The notes below the pieces were generated by a model. The model was given only the letters and a program-made list of their open reading frames with translations. It was not told where the DNA came from and searched no databases. A stretch of DNA of 64,000 bases from a virus, in the IMG/VR virus record IMGVR_UViG_3300001199_000005, positions 1 through 64,000 of that record; one strand, given 5' to 3'. Made by a program: the position numbers and the translations under genes. The first letter of the stretch is position 1. Each line of letters starts with the position of its first letter. Below, piece by piece: positions 22,474-34,071 of this stretch.

Positions 22474-23502
22474 ACTGCTGTTTCAGCGACTTCATCACTT
22501 CCATTCTTTAATTTTTCTAATAAGTCTATTAAAATTTGCTTGTCGACAACAACCTCATCGAAATGTCCGTACTTACATTTATATCCAAAGATATATCTTA
22601 GGCCCATCCTTAGTCTACTAAAGAAACCATACTCCTGTAAGAACATTGAAATATAAACTTCGGGTTCATCTGTAAACTTTCTAAAAATTAATTGATGTTC
22701 AGGGCTGTGGCATCTACAAAGAACTAATTCTTGAGTTTCTATAATTTTTTTATCCTCCACTTTTGTATTTGTTTGTTAATTCAAATAGTGACTTTCTCTC
22801 TGTTTGTTCTTCTAGCTCTTTTATAGCTTCAAATTGCGATATAACTTCATCTTCATCAAGTTCTGCAGGTTCATTTTTGTTTGCTTCTATTATCTTTTCT
22901 TCAGATAGAAAGTATAACACATCGCCTAAACTGTCCATACTAAGTATGTAGTTTTTTATTTCTTCAATTGTGAATGTTTTCTGCATTATGTTAAGTATAA
23001 AATCAAAACAACTAATAAGACTAAAATAATAAACGTAATTATTCCTAATAAACCTTTACCAGTACTTGTGCCTAATAAGAAACCATCTAAGAAATCATTA
23101 TCTGAGTCATCCATCATATTTTTTCAATATCCAATCAAAACCTTTACAAACTGCATGTAAGCAGTATATTGCATCAATATACTTAATACCTTGTTCATCT
23201 TCGAATGGTATTCTTTCTTTAAATCTATAACCTTCAGTTGATTTAAGGTTACTTTCGTTAATCATAGTTATAACTCCTTTAGGTATTTCTTTTGATTCAC
23301 CAGCAAAAATATAATTTATTTCATTAATTAAAGAGCCGCTACAAGCGATATATCTTAGAAATCTTTCCTCAACAGTTTTCCCATAACGTTCTGGAATTTC
23401 CGTTAGACTTAGTACATGTACATATCCTTTCTTTACGTCGAAAGAAGACTTATCGTTAAAACAATGTACCTGATACTTATCAGATATTTTAACTGTTTTC
23501 AT
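22470..23502 (-). other. Hypothetical CDSs (22470-22760, 22750-22986, 23107-23502)
   Basis: Packed ORFs. Confidence 0.6.
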
Positions 23503-24371
23503 ATAAAGTATGGAGTAAACATCCCTTGAGTACAGCCTACAATGGGTAATCCTATTACATAATTTTGGTCATCATCTTCAGCATTATGTGTTATCTTTTG
23601 TGTAGAAGTGTCAGCCCCTAATTTCATAATATCTCTGTAAAATGTACGTACATACTCATCAGATACTTTTGCTGTTTCTACAATTAAGTGAAAACCACCT
23701 CTTGATTTAAGCCATTTACAAGCCTCTGGATTGATTATTCCTATAATATCAGGCTTAGTATCCATATCAAAATCGAAGTCTAAAAGAAGTCTTCTGGAAG
23801 GTGTCTGATGGAGAGAAGATAACGCTTCTTGTACTAAGTTATATCCGTGACTATCATTCTCTATTAATTTCATTAATTTATTGATAAGTTTAAACGTAGC
23901 CTTCTTATGGCTAACAGGATTAGGTACAACATATAAAGCTAAAGCTTCTTGAGGAATTTCAACCCTAATCCCGTTTCTATATTGATTATAACAACCAATA
24001 GGTACTTCAAGTTGTCTAATATTATCAAGCATTCTATCTTTATTAGTTAGGAATCTAGCTACTTGAGCTTTATCAGAACTAATGTGTTTAACATCTTTAC
24101 AGTACTTATTCCTTGCATACAAAGAAATATAGAATTCCTCGTTAGGCTCTAATCGAGGAAGCCATTCAATAAACTCTTTTAGTTTATCTTCATCATTAAT
24201 TATTTTGTAAAAACTGCTAGACCTTTCACTAACTCCTTGTGAATTATATATGTATTCTGATGTAGTAAGTGTTCCTTCAGGGTTAGTATCAGTTCCTTCA
24301 ACATGTATATAAAATTCTTGATTATCGACTGTATTATCGTCCTCTAAATTGTTTTCTTGATTATCACTCAT
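23499..24371 (-). CDS. Hypothetical protein, possible AEP/PrimPol-fold enzyme
   Basis: LLLDFDFD and SRGGFHL resemble AEP motifs I and II. Confidence 0.4.
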   Translation of the reverse strand: MSDNQENNLEDDNTVDNQEFYIHVEGTDTNPEGTLTTSEYIYNSQGVSERSSSFYKIINDEDKLKEFIEWLPRLEPNEEFYISLYARNKYCKDVKHISSDKAQVARFLTNKDRMLDNIRQLEVPIGCYNQYRNGIRVEIPQEALALYVVPNPVSHKKATFKLINKLMKLIENDSHGYNLVQEALSSLHQTPSRRLLLDFDFDMDTKPDIIGIINPEACKWLKSRGGFHLIVETAKVSDEYVRTFYRDIMKLGADTSTQKITHNAEDDDQNYVIGLPIVGCTQGMFTPYFI

Positions 24372-24375
24372 AGTC

Positions 24376-24717
24376 TTAAGATTTTAAAGAGGTATCTTCA
24401 TTTACTATTGTATTGTTAGATGTAACTTGACTGGACCATATTGTACCCTGGTCACATTGTTTATCACATTTTAAACAATTTGGCGGAACTATACCAAACC
24501 AAGGGTTAGGATATGTACAACCACCCCTGCACGGAGTATTTATAGGAAATGGATTATATGGCGGATAATCGCCAGGCGACCAATCATTGTGTGGCGGATA
24601 CCCACCTATCGGTGTAACATGAATCTCTTTACTATACTTCTCCTTAATTCTTTCTATTTGTTCTTTGGTTAGTTTATCTTCAAGATACCCCTCTAACCAG
24701 TTAATGAAGTTTGTCAT
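24376..24717 (-). CDS. Hypothetical Pro/Cys-rich protein
   Basis: 113-aa ORF. Confidence 0.55.
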   Translation of the reverse strand: MTNFINWLEGYLEDKLTKEQIERIKEKYSKEIHVTPIGGYPPHNDWSPGDYPPYNPFPINTPCRGGCTYPNPWFGIVPPNCLKCDKQCDQGTIWSSQVTSNNTIVNEDTSLKS

Positions 24718-24937
24718 AATCTTTTCTCATTTTACAGTTTTTAAAATTACATAAAATGTTTTACTGGGTTACTTCAGTAATCTTCTGTTTCGACAACATT
24801 TAATGCTTCACGGCTCCATTCATAATAACTATATAATGAAGCTATTCCATCTTCAAACGTATAAGATTCAATATAATTTTTATACCAGATACCACCTCTT
24901 AATTTTCGATACCATTTAAAATAGTTTAGCATAATTT

Positions 24938-25513
24938 TTATTGCTTATAAGTTCCCTCTACTTGTCTTTTAACTCGGTTAGCTGTCCTTTCGTTCAGCCA
25001 AAACAATGCTTGTTTAAGATTCTTTAGTGCTTCATTAGATTCTTCTGAAGGGACTAGGCTAATCTTGTATTCTAAATCAGTTATCATTACTCCCAGAAGC
25101 TGTTCGTGAAGTATTCCATCAACTCTTGGTATTGGATTAAGGTAGTTGTTTATTGCTTCAACATTCCTATAATATTGTGAATAATATGAATTACCACTTT
25201 CCAAAGATTCATTGGTAGCTTCTGTTTTCCATTGCATCATATCAATATCAAATTCTGGCTTACCAATACAAGGAGCTATGTCATTTGTGTGGCTAACAAT
25301 AGATTTGAACTCTTCTTTTGTTACAGTTCTTTTATCCTCTCTAACAAAAGTGATTTCTTGATAAGCATCGGGCCTGTCTTTCATTTTTGTAGGATGTACA
25401 CCAGGTTCAAGTTCAATTACTTTTTGAATACCTTTGCTATCAACTACTCCAAACTTAGGCAACATGTAAGATGTGCCTAATTCATTAACTAGAAATTCTT
25501 GTGATTTATTCAT
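24938..25513 (-). CDS. Tad1-like (Thoeris anti-defence sponge) protein with internal insertion
   Basis: C-terminal DGILHEQLL...DL....NEAL..LKQALFWLNERTANRVKRQVEGT resembles Tad1 as recalled (GV.D.DLL...DRL...ENA.AL...EEALMWMNRR..DR..RNVLGT). Confidence 0.6.
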   Translation of the reverse strand: MNKSQEFLVNELGTSYMLPKFGVVDSKGIQKVIELEPGVHPTKMKDRPDAYQEITFVREDKRTVTKEEFKSIVSHTNDIAPCIGKPEFDIDMMQWKTEATNESLESGNSYYSQYYRNVEAINNYLNPIPRVDGILHEQLLGVMITDLEYKISLVPSEESNEALKNLKQALFWLNERTANRVKRQVEGTYKQ

Positions 25514-25647
25514 ATTATTTATTATTTATTTAACTTAAAATTACTATCCAATACTATCTTTATATAGCATGTTCTGTATATATTGTAACTCGTATATCGT
25601 GTTGTAATCAAATAGTATCGCAGCTCGATACGTCAGGTAATAAAACG

Positions 25648-25890
25648 TCATCTATAACTTCTATGTAAGCTCAATCTCTTCTCCTTGATACTTATTGCTG
25701 TTTTTTTGTTTAGATTCATACTCTTCATAGGCTCTCCAGCCGTATGAGCTTGAAATTCAGTTTCAATTTTAATAATTTGATTATTAGTTTTTTCAAAGTT
25801 TTGTTGAAACACAAAACTTTCTTTCTTTATTACAGAATCGTCAACTACTATATAGTGAATTTCTGACAACTTTATTAATTTTTGTTTCAT
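25648..25890 (-). CDS. Hypothetical protein, possibly truncated
   Basis: N-terminus resembles 14362-15045 but protein is much shorter. Confidence 0.4.
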   Translation of the reverse strand: MKQKLIKLSEIHYIVVDDSVIKKESFVFQQNFEKTNNQIIKIETEFQAHTAGEPMKSMNLNKKTAISIKEKRLSLHRSYR

Positions 25891-25891
25891 T

Positions 25892-26152
25892 TTAGTTTAG
25901 TTTACATAAACTACACCATTCAGAGTGCTCTATTCTTATTTTAACACCATTAATGAACACAATAATTATATCACAAACATTAGATAAACCTAAAATGTTA
26001 TTCTTAGAGCTAAAATCGTAATGTTTACCAACAAATTCTTCAACTTCATATATAGTGTTTAATTCATACTCTACTTCAATTAAAGCTTCTGTTACAATAT
26101 TACCAAATATTTTTCAGCAATATCCTAATAATTTTTTAGATGAATATTGCAT
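25892..26152 (-). pseudogene. 86-codon ORF with in-frame TGA at codon 13
   Basis: MQYSSKKLLGYC*KIFGNIVTEALIEVEYELNTIYEVEEFVGKHYDF...HSEWCSLCKLN exactly fills the gap between flanking genes. Confidence 0.55.
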
Positions 26153-26153
26153 A

Positions 26154-27020
26154 TTAATCTAGCTGATAAAATTGTTTCCAAAGCTGCTCGTGATATTTTA
26201 ATGAAAATTCAGCCATTTCTTTTACAGGAAAAGCTAATGGGTAAAATTTAGTCCAGATTGTAATAACATTAAGTTCATTATTATATCGTTCAATGACGTA
26301 TTTTGTATTTTTGTTCTCCACCCAATCAGGAACCCAACTACCTACTATTGCTTTATGTAACTGTGAAAGTTGGGCAAAAGCTAAAGCACTTATTGCTTGT
26401 TTTTCATTACTGTAAACACCTTTCCACGAACTATGATGTAAGCAATTGATTTCTTGAACTGACATTAATTCGGAATCTTCGTCTAAACAGTAACCAACAA
26501 TATTTGGTAAATCTTCCCATCTTTTCGGATATTCTGATTCTTTGATTAGTTCACAATCTTCTATTTTTTCATATCTGTTCTTATCGTCAAGTGTTAATAC
26601 GGTGTAGTTTGATAAATCTGAACAGTGTAAACCAGCTAAGGTTCTAGTCTTATCGTTAAACTTAAATTTAGCACCTTTCACCCAACCTTGTTGTTGGTAA
26701 TATTCTATTTGTTCGATTGGTGTGGCTAATCTTAAATGAGATTGTTGATAAGCGTTATTTTTCTCATCTAAGACAAAATCACCTATGAAAACAATTTTAA
26801 ATATATCCTTTAATAGTTTGGTTGTAAAATCTTCTAACACTACAATATCACCAACTTTAAATTCTGAAACTAGCTCAAACCATTCTGGATTGTCTACTAC
26901 TGTCGAGATTGAGAAATTGATAGAAGAACCATTTCCATATACTCTATAACAAGTATTATCGTAGAATACTTGTTCACCTGCTTTTATACCTGGTAAATTA
27001 CGCAATAATTTGTATTTCAT
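26154..27020 (-). CDS. Hypothetical protein (paralogous family with 1-1065 and 16033-16515)
   Basis: Shared motifs listed for those features. Confidence 0.75.
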   Translation of the reverse strand: MKYKLLRNLPGIKAGEQVFYDNTCYRVYGNGSSINFSISTVVDNPEWFELVSEFKVGDIVVLEDFTTKLLKDIFKIVFIGDFVLDEKNNAYQQSHLRLATPIEQIEYYQQQGWVKGAKFKFNDKTRTLAGLHCSDLSNYTVLTLDDKNRYEKIEDCELIKESEYPKRWEDLPNIVGYCLDEDSELMSVQEINCLHHSSWKGVYSNEKQAISALAFAQLSQLHKAIVGSWVPDWVENKNTKYVIERYNNELNVITIWTKFYPLAFPVKEMAEFSLKYHEQLWKQFYQLD

Positions 27021-27099
27021 TTTTTTATTATCTTCGTTTTTCGAATTTTATTTCCTATTACTTCTAAGCTGCTCCACCAATTGCGACCAAACTTTAAGT

Positions 27100-28522
27100 T
27101 TAATCACTTTTTAAAATATTTAATTCCGTCAATACTTTTATTTCTTCTTCTGAAATATTCTCTTTTACTAATTCCCAACCATAATGGGTTTTACCATAAT
27201 ATAAATCATCCCAACCAGCCCAACGTGAACCTATCTCGCCTTTAGTAGTAATAATATACTCTTTCATTGCTTTTTCACAATATTCGTATGTAAAACTTTC
27301 TGGAAAATCTGGTATATGTAATTCGCAAAAACATTCCACATCTTTTTCATTCCAATAGGTAAACTCACAAAGCAAATCGTATAACTCTGATTCATTTTCT
27401 GCTATCATATAACACTCGACAGATTCATGTGAATCTTTTGGCGCTAAGTGCTTTACGAGTATTTTATATAAATTCATTATTTTTATTGATTGTATTTCAG
27501 TTTAAGTCTTTCTAATTCAGCTAATTCTTCGTTTTTAATCTGCTCTTCACATTTATTCTCTCTATCAATACGTAATTTACATTCTTCATCTGTTTCAAGA
27601 CGTTCTCCAAATGCTTCTATCGAGATGCTATTTGAACCACCATAACTATCAAGTTCAATAATAACTTCATCTGCTCCTAGTTTTTCAAGTTCGTCCAAAT
27701 CTTCTCTTAACTTTCCAATACTAACTCCATAAGTCCAACTAAAATAAAAATCAATATTTTTTCTTAATACTTTTTTTTCCATTTAAATTTAATTAAAGTC
27801 TGATATATCTATTCCACTTTCAAGTTCTTTTCTAAATTTTTCAACCATTTCATCAATAGTTATTTCACCTTTTTTAACTGCTTCTTCAATTTGTCCCATT
27901 TTTAATTCTGCACCATCTTTTCTATCATAGTAAAGAAAATCTGTACACAAATCACTAATTGTAGTTAAAATTTTCTGTTTAATTTTATTTTGAATTAAAT
28001 CAACTTCATGGAATTTTTTAAAGTAATCTAAAAACTGTTTTCTTGCCCAAGCATATTCACCTTTGCTTTCAATCTCTAAATCTTCTTTAATTAAGTCTAT
28101 AACAAGCGCATTGCCTGAAAATGATATTTTAATAATATCACCTATGTCACTACTTTCTACAGCATCCTTGTAGTCACTCTTATTAAACCAATTTTTGGTT
28201 AAATTATGATAATAAGTTTTACTTTCCATATCTATAATGATTCAAATTCTGCTTTCAATTTAAGGTAAGTTTCATATCTACCTTTCCGTAATTCTTTATT
28301 TTTGGCAATTCTTTTTTGATATTCTTCTTCAGTTTCTAATCTCTCTCTGGTGATTATCAATTTGGTGAAAGCATCCCAAAAATTACTTTCACTATATTCT
28401 TGTCTAATGATATTAATAATATCATTCTCTTGAATATCTTTTGGTAAATCAGAAAAACGAACATTATAGTATTCTCCTTCGAAGTTTTTAACACAAACCT
28501 CTTCTCTTATAATCTGTTTCAT
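27100..28522 (-). other. Four hypothetical CDSs (27100-27477, 27483-27782, 27789-28229, 28232-28522)
   Basis: Packed ORFs; 27483 and 28232 share an ERLETxEE...R...L..LK C-terminal motif. Confidence 0.65.
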
Positions 28523-28570
28523 TTTTTTTATTTAGAATAATTTTTATGTTCAAATATCATTTTCTTAGAT

Positions 28571-28615
28571 AAAAAAATAGGGTTGTAGGTATCTAATTAC
28601 CCTCTACAACCCTAT
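28571..28615 (-). terminator. Intrinsic terminator
   Basis: ATAGGGTTGTAG...CTACAACCCTAT hairpin plus U-run on minus strand, right after the stop at 28622. Confidence 0.75.
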
Positions 28616-28621
28616 AAAAAT

Positions 28622-28894
28622 TTAATTAAGAATAATCCAATCTTCTGCAAGAATGTCACTATTAGTAGGTGACCACACTTCAATATCCCCTTCTTCCGTT
28701 TTTAATGCTAAATAAGCACGATAAGGTACTAAAGCACCTTCACCAAAATGTTCTTTTGCTATTTCTGTTCGAGCTAGATAACTAGCTGCTGAAACTAAAT
28801 ATACAAACATGGTGTACCCACACCAACCATCTCTTGTCGCCCTCTTACCTTTTTTTAGTGCTCTAAGCGCTTGACTGAAATTTTTATTTTTCAT
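28622..28894 (-). CDS. DUF2829 / Tad2-like anti-defence protein
   Basis: NFSQALRALKKGKRATRDGW...PYRAYLALKT...WSPTNSDILAEDW. Confidence 0.8.
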   Translation of the reverse strand: MKNKNFSQALRALKKGKRATRDGWCGYTMFVYLVSAASYLARTEIAKEHFGEGALVPYRAYLALKTEEGDIEVWSPTNSDILAEDWIILN

Positions 28895-29057
28895 AGTTTT
28901 TTAATTATTAAGTTTTACTTCATACTGCCTGTAAGTTTCACCAGTCCAATAAAAACCATCAAAATGGCAGCAAGTTTCTGGGTGACAATTACAGTATACT
29001 TTGTACTTCTTTTTAAACAAAGTTTTCATATAGTTAATGTATAAATTCCATCTTTAC

Positions 29058-29089
29058 AAATAACCCTATATTTTGGTATAGGGTTATTT
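29058..29089. terminator. Perfect inverted repeat, possible terminator
   Basis: AAATAACCCTATA-TTTTGG-TATAGGGTTATTT. Confidence 0.55.
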
Positions 29090-29110
29090 ATTACTACTAT
29101 TCGCGAAGTA

Positions 29111-31997
29111 TCACACATAAATATCTATATCAAAGAAATCTCTATCATAATCGTTTTGTAAATCGATTAATGTGGCTATTGCATACTTAGCTTGGCATTC
29201 ACATTGCCACACTATTGAATCTTCGTCATGGGCAATTCTATAATCTGACCTAGTAATTATAAAAGTTACTGGAGTAATGAACCAATTAGCAATCTTCTCC
29301 AACATGATACCCATAATTACTGTCATAATCAATTTAGCAAGGAATGGAATATTGACGGCCCTCAACCATATTAACAGTATAGTAAAATAGATTAAACCAA
29401 TAACAATTTGTATTTTGGTAGAGTTTCTATTCTTCTTAACAACTTCTTGTGGTAAGTCCTCAGCTTTAATTAATTTCATCTATAGTTTTTTAAACGCATT
29501 CTCAGCTATAAGTAACACACTTATAAGCTCATCTAAGGTTTTGTGGACTAATGTGTTGCGTACACCACCTATTGAATAAGTATATGTAGCTTGATAACCT
29601 TCTGGCAGTTTGAAAATCTTTGCAAACTTAACATCTGGTTTATTGTATAAATCAATAAACACAGTGAGAAATTCTGGGGAGGATGTTTTAAAAGTCATAT
29701 TTTAATATTGGTTTATTTTCTAGTATTGCTATAATTTCTGTACGTAAGGTATTTGTTTTAAGAAGTTCAAGCATATTAACAATATTATTATCAGTATGAA
29801 TATAATTAATATATTGTCTATACGGTGATGCTTTTTCAAAGCTTGTTCTTATAAATGCAAATGAGCCAGTGATGCGCTCATATAAAATACCTTCTTCTAC
29901 TAATTGATTACTTGTTAGTAATATATTACCACAGTTGCATCTGCAACCATTCAAAAAATCATTAAAGAAAGAATCATCTTCTGATATTTCTTCTACATCT
30001 GGAAACCATGTTTGTAATGCTTGGTCAAAATAATAATCTACTCCATCAAACTTTTGCCTGTTGACAAACTTTATGATGTAATCAGGAATATGTAATTGTA
30101 TCATAAAGAACTATAGAGTGCTTGCGCATCTGACCATTCTTCATTAGATTCTACTTGTAATCCAAAACTATCTTCGCAGTAAAGCAGAAGAGTCTTTACT
30201 ATTAAATTCAAATGTGGCGACGACTCAATGTAGGTTTGACTAATATCACCAGCTTTAATTAGAAACTCCTTATTCTCATCCCATATATGAATTTCGTAAG
30301 GAGTTGTTCTATAATCTACCATATCCTTATCTGATATAGCCCTCTTTAGCAATCTACTAAAAAATGAAAGCAGATACCTAAACTCCTCTTTTGGAATTTT
30401 TCCTTTTATTATATACATATAGTAATGTTAAAAATAATCCACCTGGAACTACTAAGATTGTTAATAATACAACTAGATTAGTCCATGATAATAATGTGCT
30501 CATATTTCGTTTTAATCGTTTGATGTGGTGAACCATAAATAATTTGTTTAAAGCCTTTAAGCGGGTCAGCAGTTAAATCTGTTAAACTTATTGATACTGG
30601 ACTACTGTTATGATTTAGTTCTCCAAGATTAATACTTAGTGCAATATTTAGTTGTTGAATAATATCATACTTACTTTTAAATAGTCCGTTCTTAAAACCT
30701 ATGATTACTGGTCTGAAAACCTTTTGATACCAGTGATTTGATATACCACATGAAGTGACTAAATATTCATCACAATGCTCAACGTATTTAAAACAATTCT
30801 GATGCTTGATTACTAACTTAGCTAAATCGCTTTTAGTGTTAGAGTATATTAATTCTAGTAATTCCTTATTAATAATAAAGCTTAATTTATCTTGATGCTC
30901 GATTTGATATTCAAACAGTGCCTCCAAATCTTCAAAACTAAATTCTTCATAATCTCCGTTAAAAACTACTTTATTTTTACCTAAGTGATTATAAAATATG
31001 CCGTCGTATTTGCCTAATACTATACATTTATCGAGTTCTAACATCAGTTTTCGTGGTTATCAGGGAATTCATTTTCACCTATTTGAACAATAGGCAGTTC
31101 TGGATTTTCAAATATACACATTTGAAAAAATTCTTCGAAGCTACAATAAGGTTTTATCTTATTATATAATGTTGTGGTAGCAATTAAACAGCTTTGGCCA
31201 CATACATATTCTTCTAGAAAAAGGAATTCAGTAGAACCAAATTCTAGTTTCCTATCACCAGAGTACCAGTAACCGTCATGTAAATGATATTCTTCGTTTA
31301 TCATTACTGGTATAAGCTCTGGCTGCTCTTCAAGAACTGAAAAAGGAATTTTAAAAGGTTGATTTTGTTCAATCCAATCTTCATCATCTATTTCTTCTTC
31401 AACAGATACTCTTATAATCATTTGAATGAAAGTATAGTTTTAAGTTGGTAATTTCTAATGGCAGGACCTTGTCCTTGTTCTTTAAGTTTAGCTTCATTGC
31501 GATTAATAGCATGAATAGCGGTATCTAAATCTGATTGTTTTTCGCTGTGTATCCATAAACGTAACGGGAAGCAGTTTTTAGCAGTAAACTCTACATACAT
31601 TTCATCAATTAATTGATTTATAATAAAGCCGCTTCCTATGGAAATAATTCCGGGCATACCCTTCTTTAAAACTACTTCGTCAAATTCTTCCATACTCTTT
31701 ACTTTAACCCAAGTATGGTCTAAAGGTTCTTTTGACAATTCAAAAATAACCTTATTGCTTAGTTTTGATTCAAATAAGTTTATTGTCGATAACATTGTTT
31801 GCGATTGATTTAGCTTTTGCTTTATTATCTGCACGAATCTGTAAAAGCTCATTATCAATATAAATCGTGCAGCCTCCAGTGAATTTTTCATATATCTCAA
31901 CTTTAAAGCCGTTATAGTAATACGTAAATTTTCGGCTTGATAAAAGGATAGCACCCATAAAGAGTGCTAATCCTATAAAGAATATTATGGTTTCCAT
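29111..31997 (-). other. Eight hypothetical CDSs (29111-29479 with TM segments, 29480-29698, 29688-30104, 30101-30418, 30478-31044, 31044-31421, 31418-~31794, 31770-31997)
   Basis: Packed ORFs. Confidence 0.6.
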
Positions 31998-32806
31998 GAT
32001 TCTAAGTTATTTATTCTCCTTGCACCAACAGCATATTTAATATTATGCGGACGAGTGTAAAGATAACAAACTGTTTTAGTTTTATTAATTTCTACAAAGT
32101 TTTTGTAGTGGTCATCAATAAAAATATCTAAACCTAATTCTGTGCATAGTTCTGCTTTATCAACAACTAATGAGTAAACAGGTTTACATGGAAATTTGTT
32201 TTTAAATAACCAAAGTTCGGTTAGATGTGCAGGAATAGGCCTCGCTGTTATATAACAATGAGGTTCAAACTTTAGATTTTTATTTAGCGGCTTAATCTTT
32301 GCCCAGAATTCATCATCCTTAGCTAATTCTGTCAGCCTATCCATAACCTTATAATCAAAGTTCCAATGATAGAATTCTGGGTCTAAGTTATATCTTTCGC
32401 AGTAAGCTTCGCCAAAGTCTGCAAGAACTTCATCAATATCTAATCCCACTTTTCGTTGAGTTTCCCAAGGTTTCTTTCTATTATCCAATTCAGGATGACT
32501 ATGATAGAATTCACCAAGCATCATTAGATTCGCAGCAATATGATGTATGTGCATTAAACCTGATTCTTCATCATAATCTTCATAACTTTCAATTGCAGTT
32601 AAATGCCTTTTAGCAGATGCCAACACATCTTTAAATGGTAGCCCTTTTCTCCAATTGTCAGCACCACTTATTTCTTTTCCATCAACTACAACGGTATACT
32701 TATTAGCACCATAAGTCATTACTTTTCCTAGGCCTTCAATAAAACCAGGCTCGACTAGGTCAAGTCTGGTTTTACCTTGGTTATATCTTAAGCCTAATTC
32801 GCTCAT
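31985..32806 (-). CDS. dATP/dGTP diphosphohydrolase (DUF5664-like) fused to HAD 5'(3')-deoxyribonucleotidase
   Basis: GLRYNQGKTRLDLV...YGANKY...NWRKG...RHL...DEESGL.H..H, then LDIDEVLADF...ITAR...FIDD. Confidence 0.8.
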   Translation of the reverse strand: MSELGLRYNQGKTRLDLVEPGFIEGLGKVMTYGANKYTVVVDGKEISGADNWRKGLPFKDVLASAKRHLTAIESYEDYDEESGLMHIHHIAANLMMLGEFYHSHPELDNRKKPWETQRKVGLDIDEVLADFGEAYCERYNLDPEFYHWNFDYKVMDRLTELAKDDEFWAKIKPLNKNLKFEPHCYITARPIPAHLTELWLFKNKFPCKPVYSLVVDKAELCTELGLDIFIDDHYKNFVEINKTKTVCYLYTRPHNIKYAVGARRINNLESWKP

Positions 32807-34071
32807 AGTTTTTTAAACCTATCAGTAACTAATTGCAACTTATCTTCAAAAGACACAGTAGTGTCTTGTTCATTAGGCAAAGTAATATTAAGTTCATCAA
32901 GAACTTGTTGATAGCGTTTTACACTATAATCTAAACCTTGCATAAACATATTGACATACTCAAATTCTTCTATATTTAAGCCTTGAGCTTGATTAAACAG
33001 TTTGTCTGTAAATGGTATAGTAAATACATCTACTTCATCATCATTAAATGCTTTAAGCATTTCCATATTTTTAAATTCAGTGAATGGATAAAACTGGGTA
33101 GTCCTAATTTTGTGATAACCATCAATAGGTACAGCACAAATATCTTTTGGGTCAACTAAGCAACCAAGCATTGTATTACCAAAGCCGCTAAATGCAAAGT
33201 CTTTGCTACCAAGGTGCAAGCCCTTTGAGCAGGTATTTGATTGAACTCTATCTACTACTAGACTGCTTTCTTGAGCTACTTTACCTATTTGATAAGTAAA
33301 TGTACCTGTATGAGCATCGGTATAGGTTCTTGCTGTTTCGTCATTAAGTGGTAAACTCACTATTTTGTAATAGTTTTCAAGCAGACCAACACCACCTTCT
33401 AGACCTTCAAATATTGAACCGTCTTCCATTACTCGTAAACCTTCTAAGTTAGCACCTTTTGATAGTTTATTGTTAAGAGCATACAAAGTTCTACGTAAGA
33501 AAGGAAAGCTTCCTTTCTTAGTTAAATTAGCTGCACGGTATGCAACTAAATAACCATCTGGAGTAATCTTAATACCATTATTCTTACACCATTTAAAAAT
33601 ATTTAATCTTACTGCTGGAGTAGGATTAAGAAGTAAATTAGCCCAGAAATTAGTATAAGCTGATACTTCTTCTTCTGTACCTTCTAATAATTGTTCAGTA
33701 AGGTCAGCAGGAACTGCTATCTTAATTCCTTTGTAAATCAAATTATCATTAAGAACTGAATAAACTGGATATTTAACACAGAAATCAGTCAAGACCTTAT
33801 TCCAATCTTTAATTTTTCTAGTAGCTTCATCAATTTCAAGCTTATGTGCAGTAAGCTCTTTTCCTTCTATTGTGTGTTCTTGGAAAAACTTTTTAAGTCT
33901 TGGCCCATTATCTTCATCAGCTGTTGGACTTGTTTTGTCTATATCCGCTAGACTTAATTGTAGTGTGACAAAATCGTCCAGACTGAATGTGCCTGTAAGA
34001 TACGTATCGGAAGACTGTAACCATACAGTCACTATATGGTTAGTTCCGTCACTGAATGCTGTTGTTGTCAT
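32803..34071 (-). CDS. rIIB-like protein
   Basis: NFWANLLLNP...ITPDGYLVAYR...TDAHTGT...CSKGLHLG...VDPKDICAVP; adjacent to rIIA-like gene. Confidence 0.75.
   Translation of the reverse strand: MTTTAFSDGTNHIVTVWLQSSDTYLTGTFSLDDFVTLQLSLADIDKTSPTADEDNGPRLKKFFQEHTIEGKELTAHKLEIDEATRKIKDWNKVLTDFCVKYPVYSVLNDNLIYKGIKIAVPADLTEQLLEGTEEEVSAYTNFWANLLLNPTPAVRLNIFKWCKNNGIKITPDGYLVAYRAANLTKKGSFPFLRRTLYALNNKLSKGANLEGLRVMEDGSIFEGLEGGVGLLENYYKIVSLPLNDETARTYTDAHTGTFTYQIGKVAQESSLVVDRVQSNTCSKGLHLGSKDFAFSGFGNTMLGCLVDPKDICAVPIDGYHKIRTTQFYPFTEFKNMEMLKAFNDDEVDVFTIPFTDKLFNQAQGLNIEEFEYVNMFMQGLDYSVKRYQQVLDELNITLPNEQDTTVSFEDKLQLVTDRFKKL

Noticed and set aside
16519-26152. Genome-wide stop-codon reassignment (TAG=Gln or TGA=Trp)
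   Set aside because: Long genes read intact in code 11, TAG and TGA both end many packed genes (e.g. TAG at 28232, 29480, 39948), and only two internal stops were found
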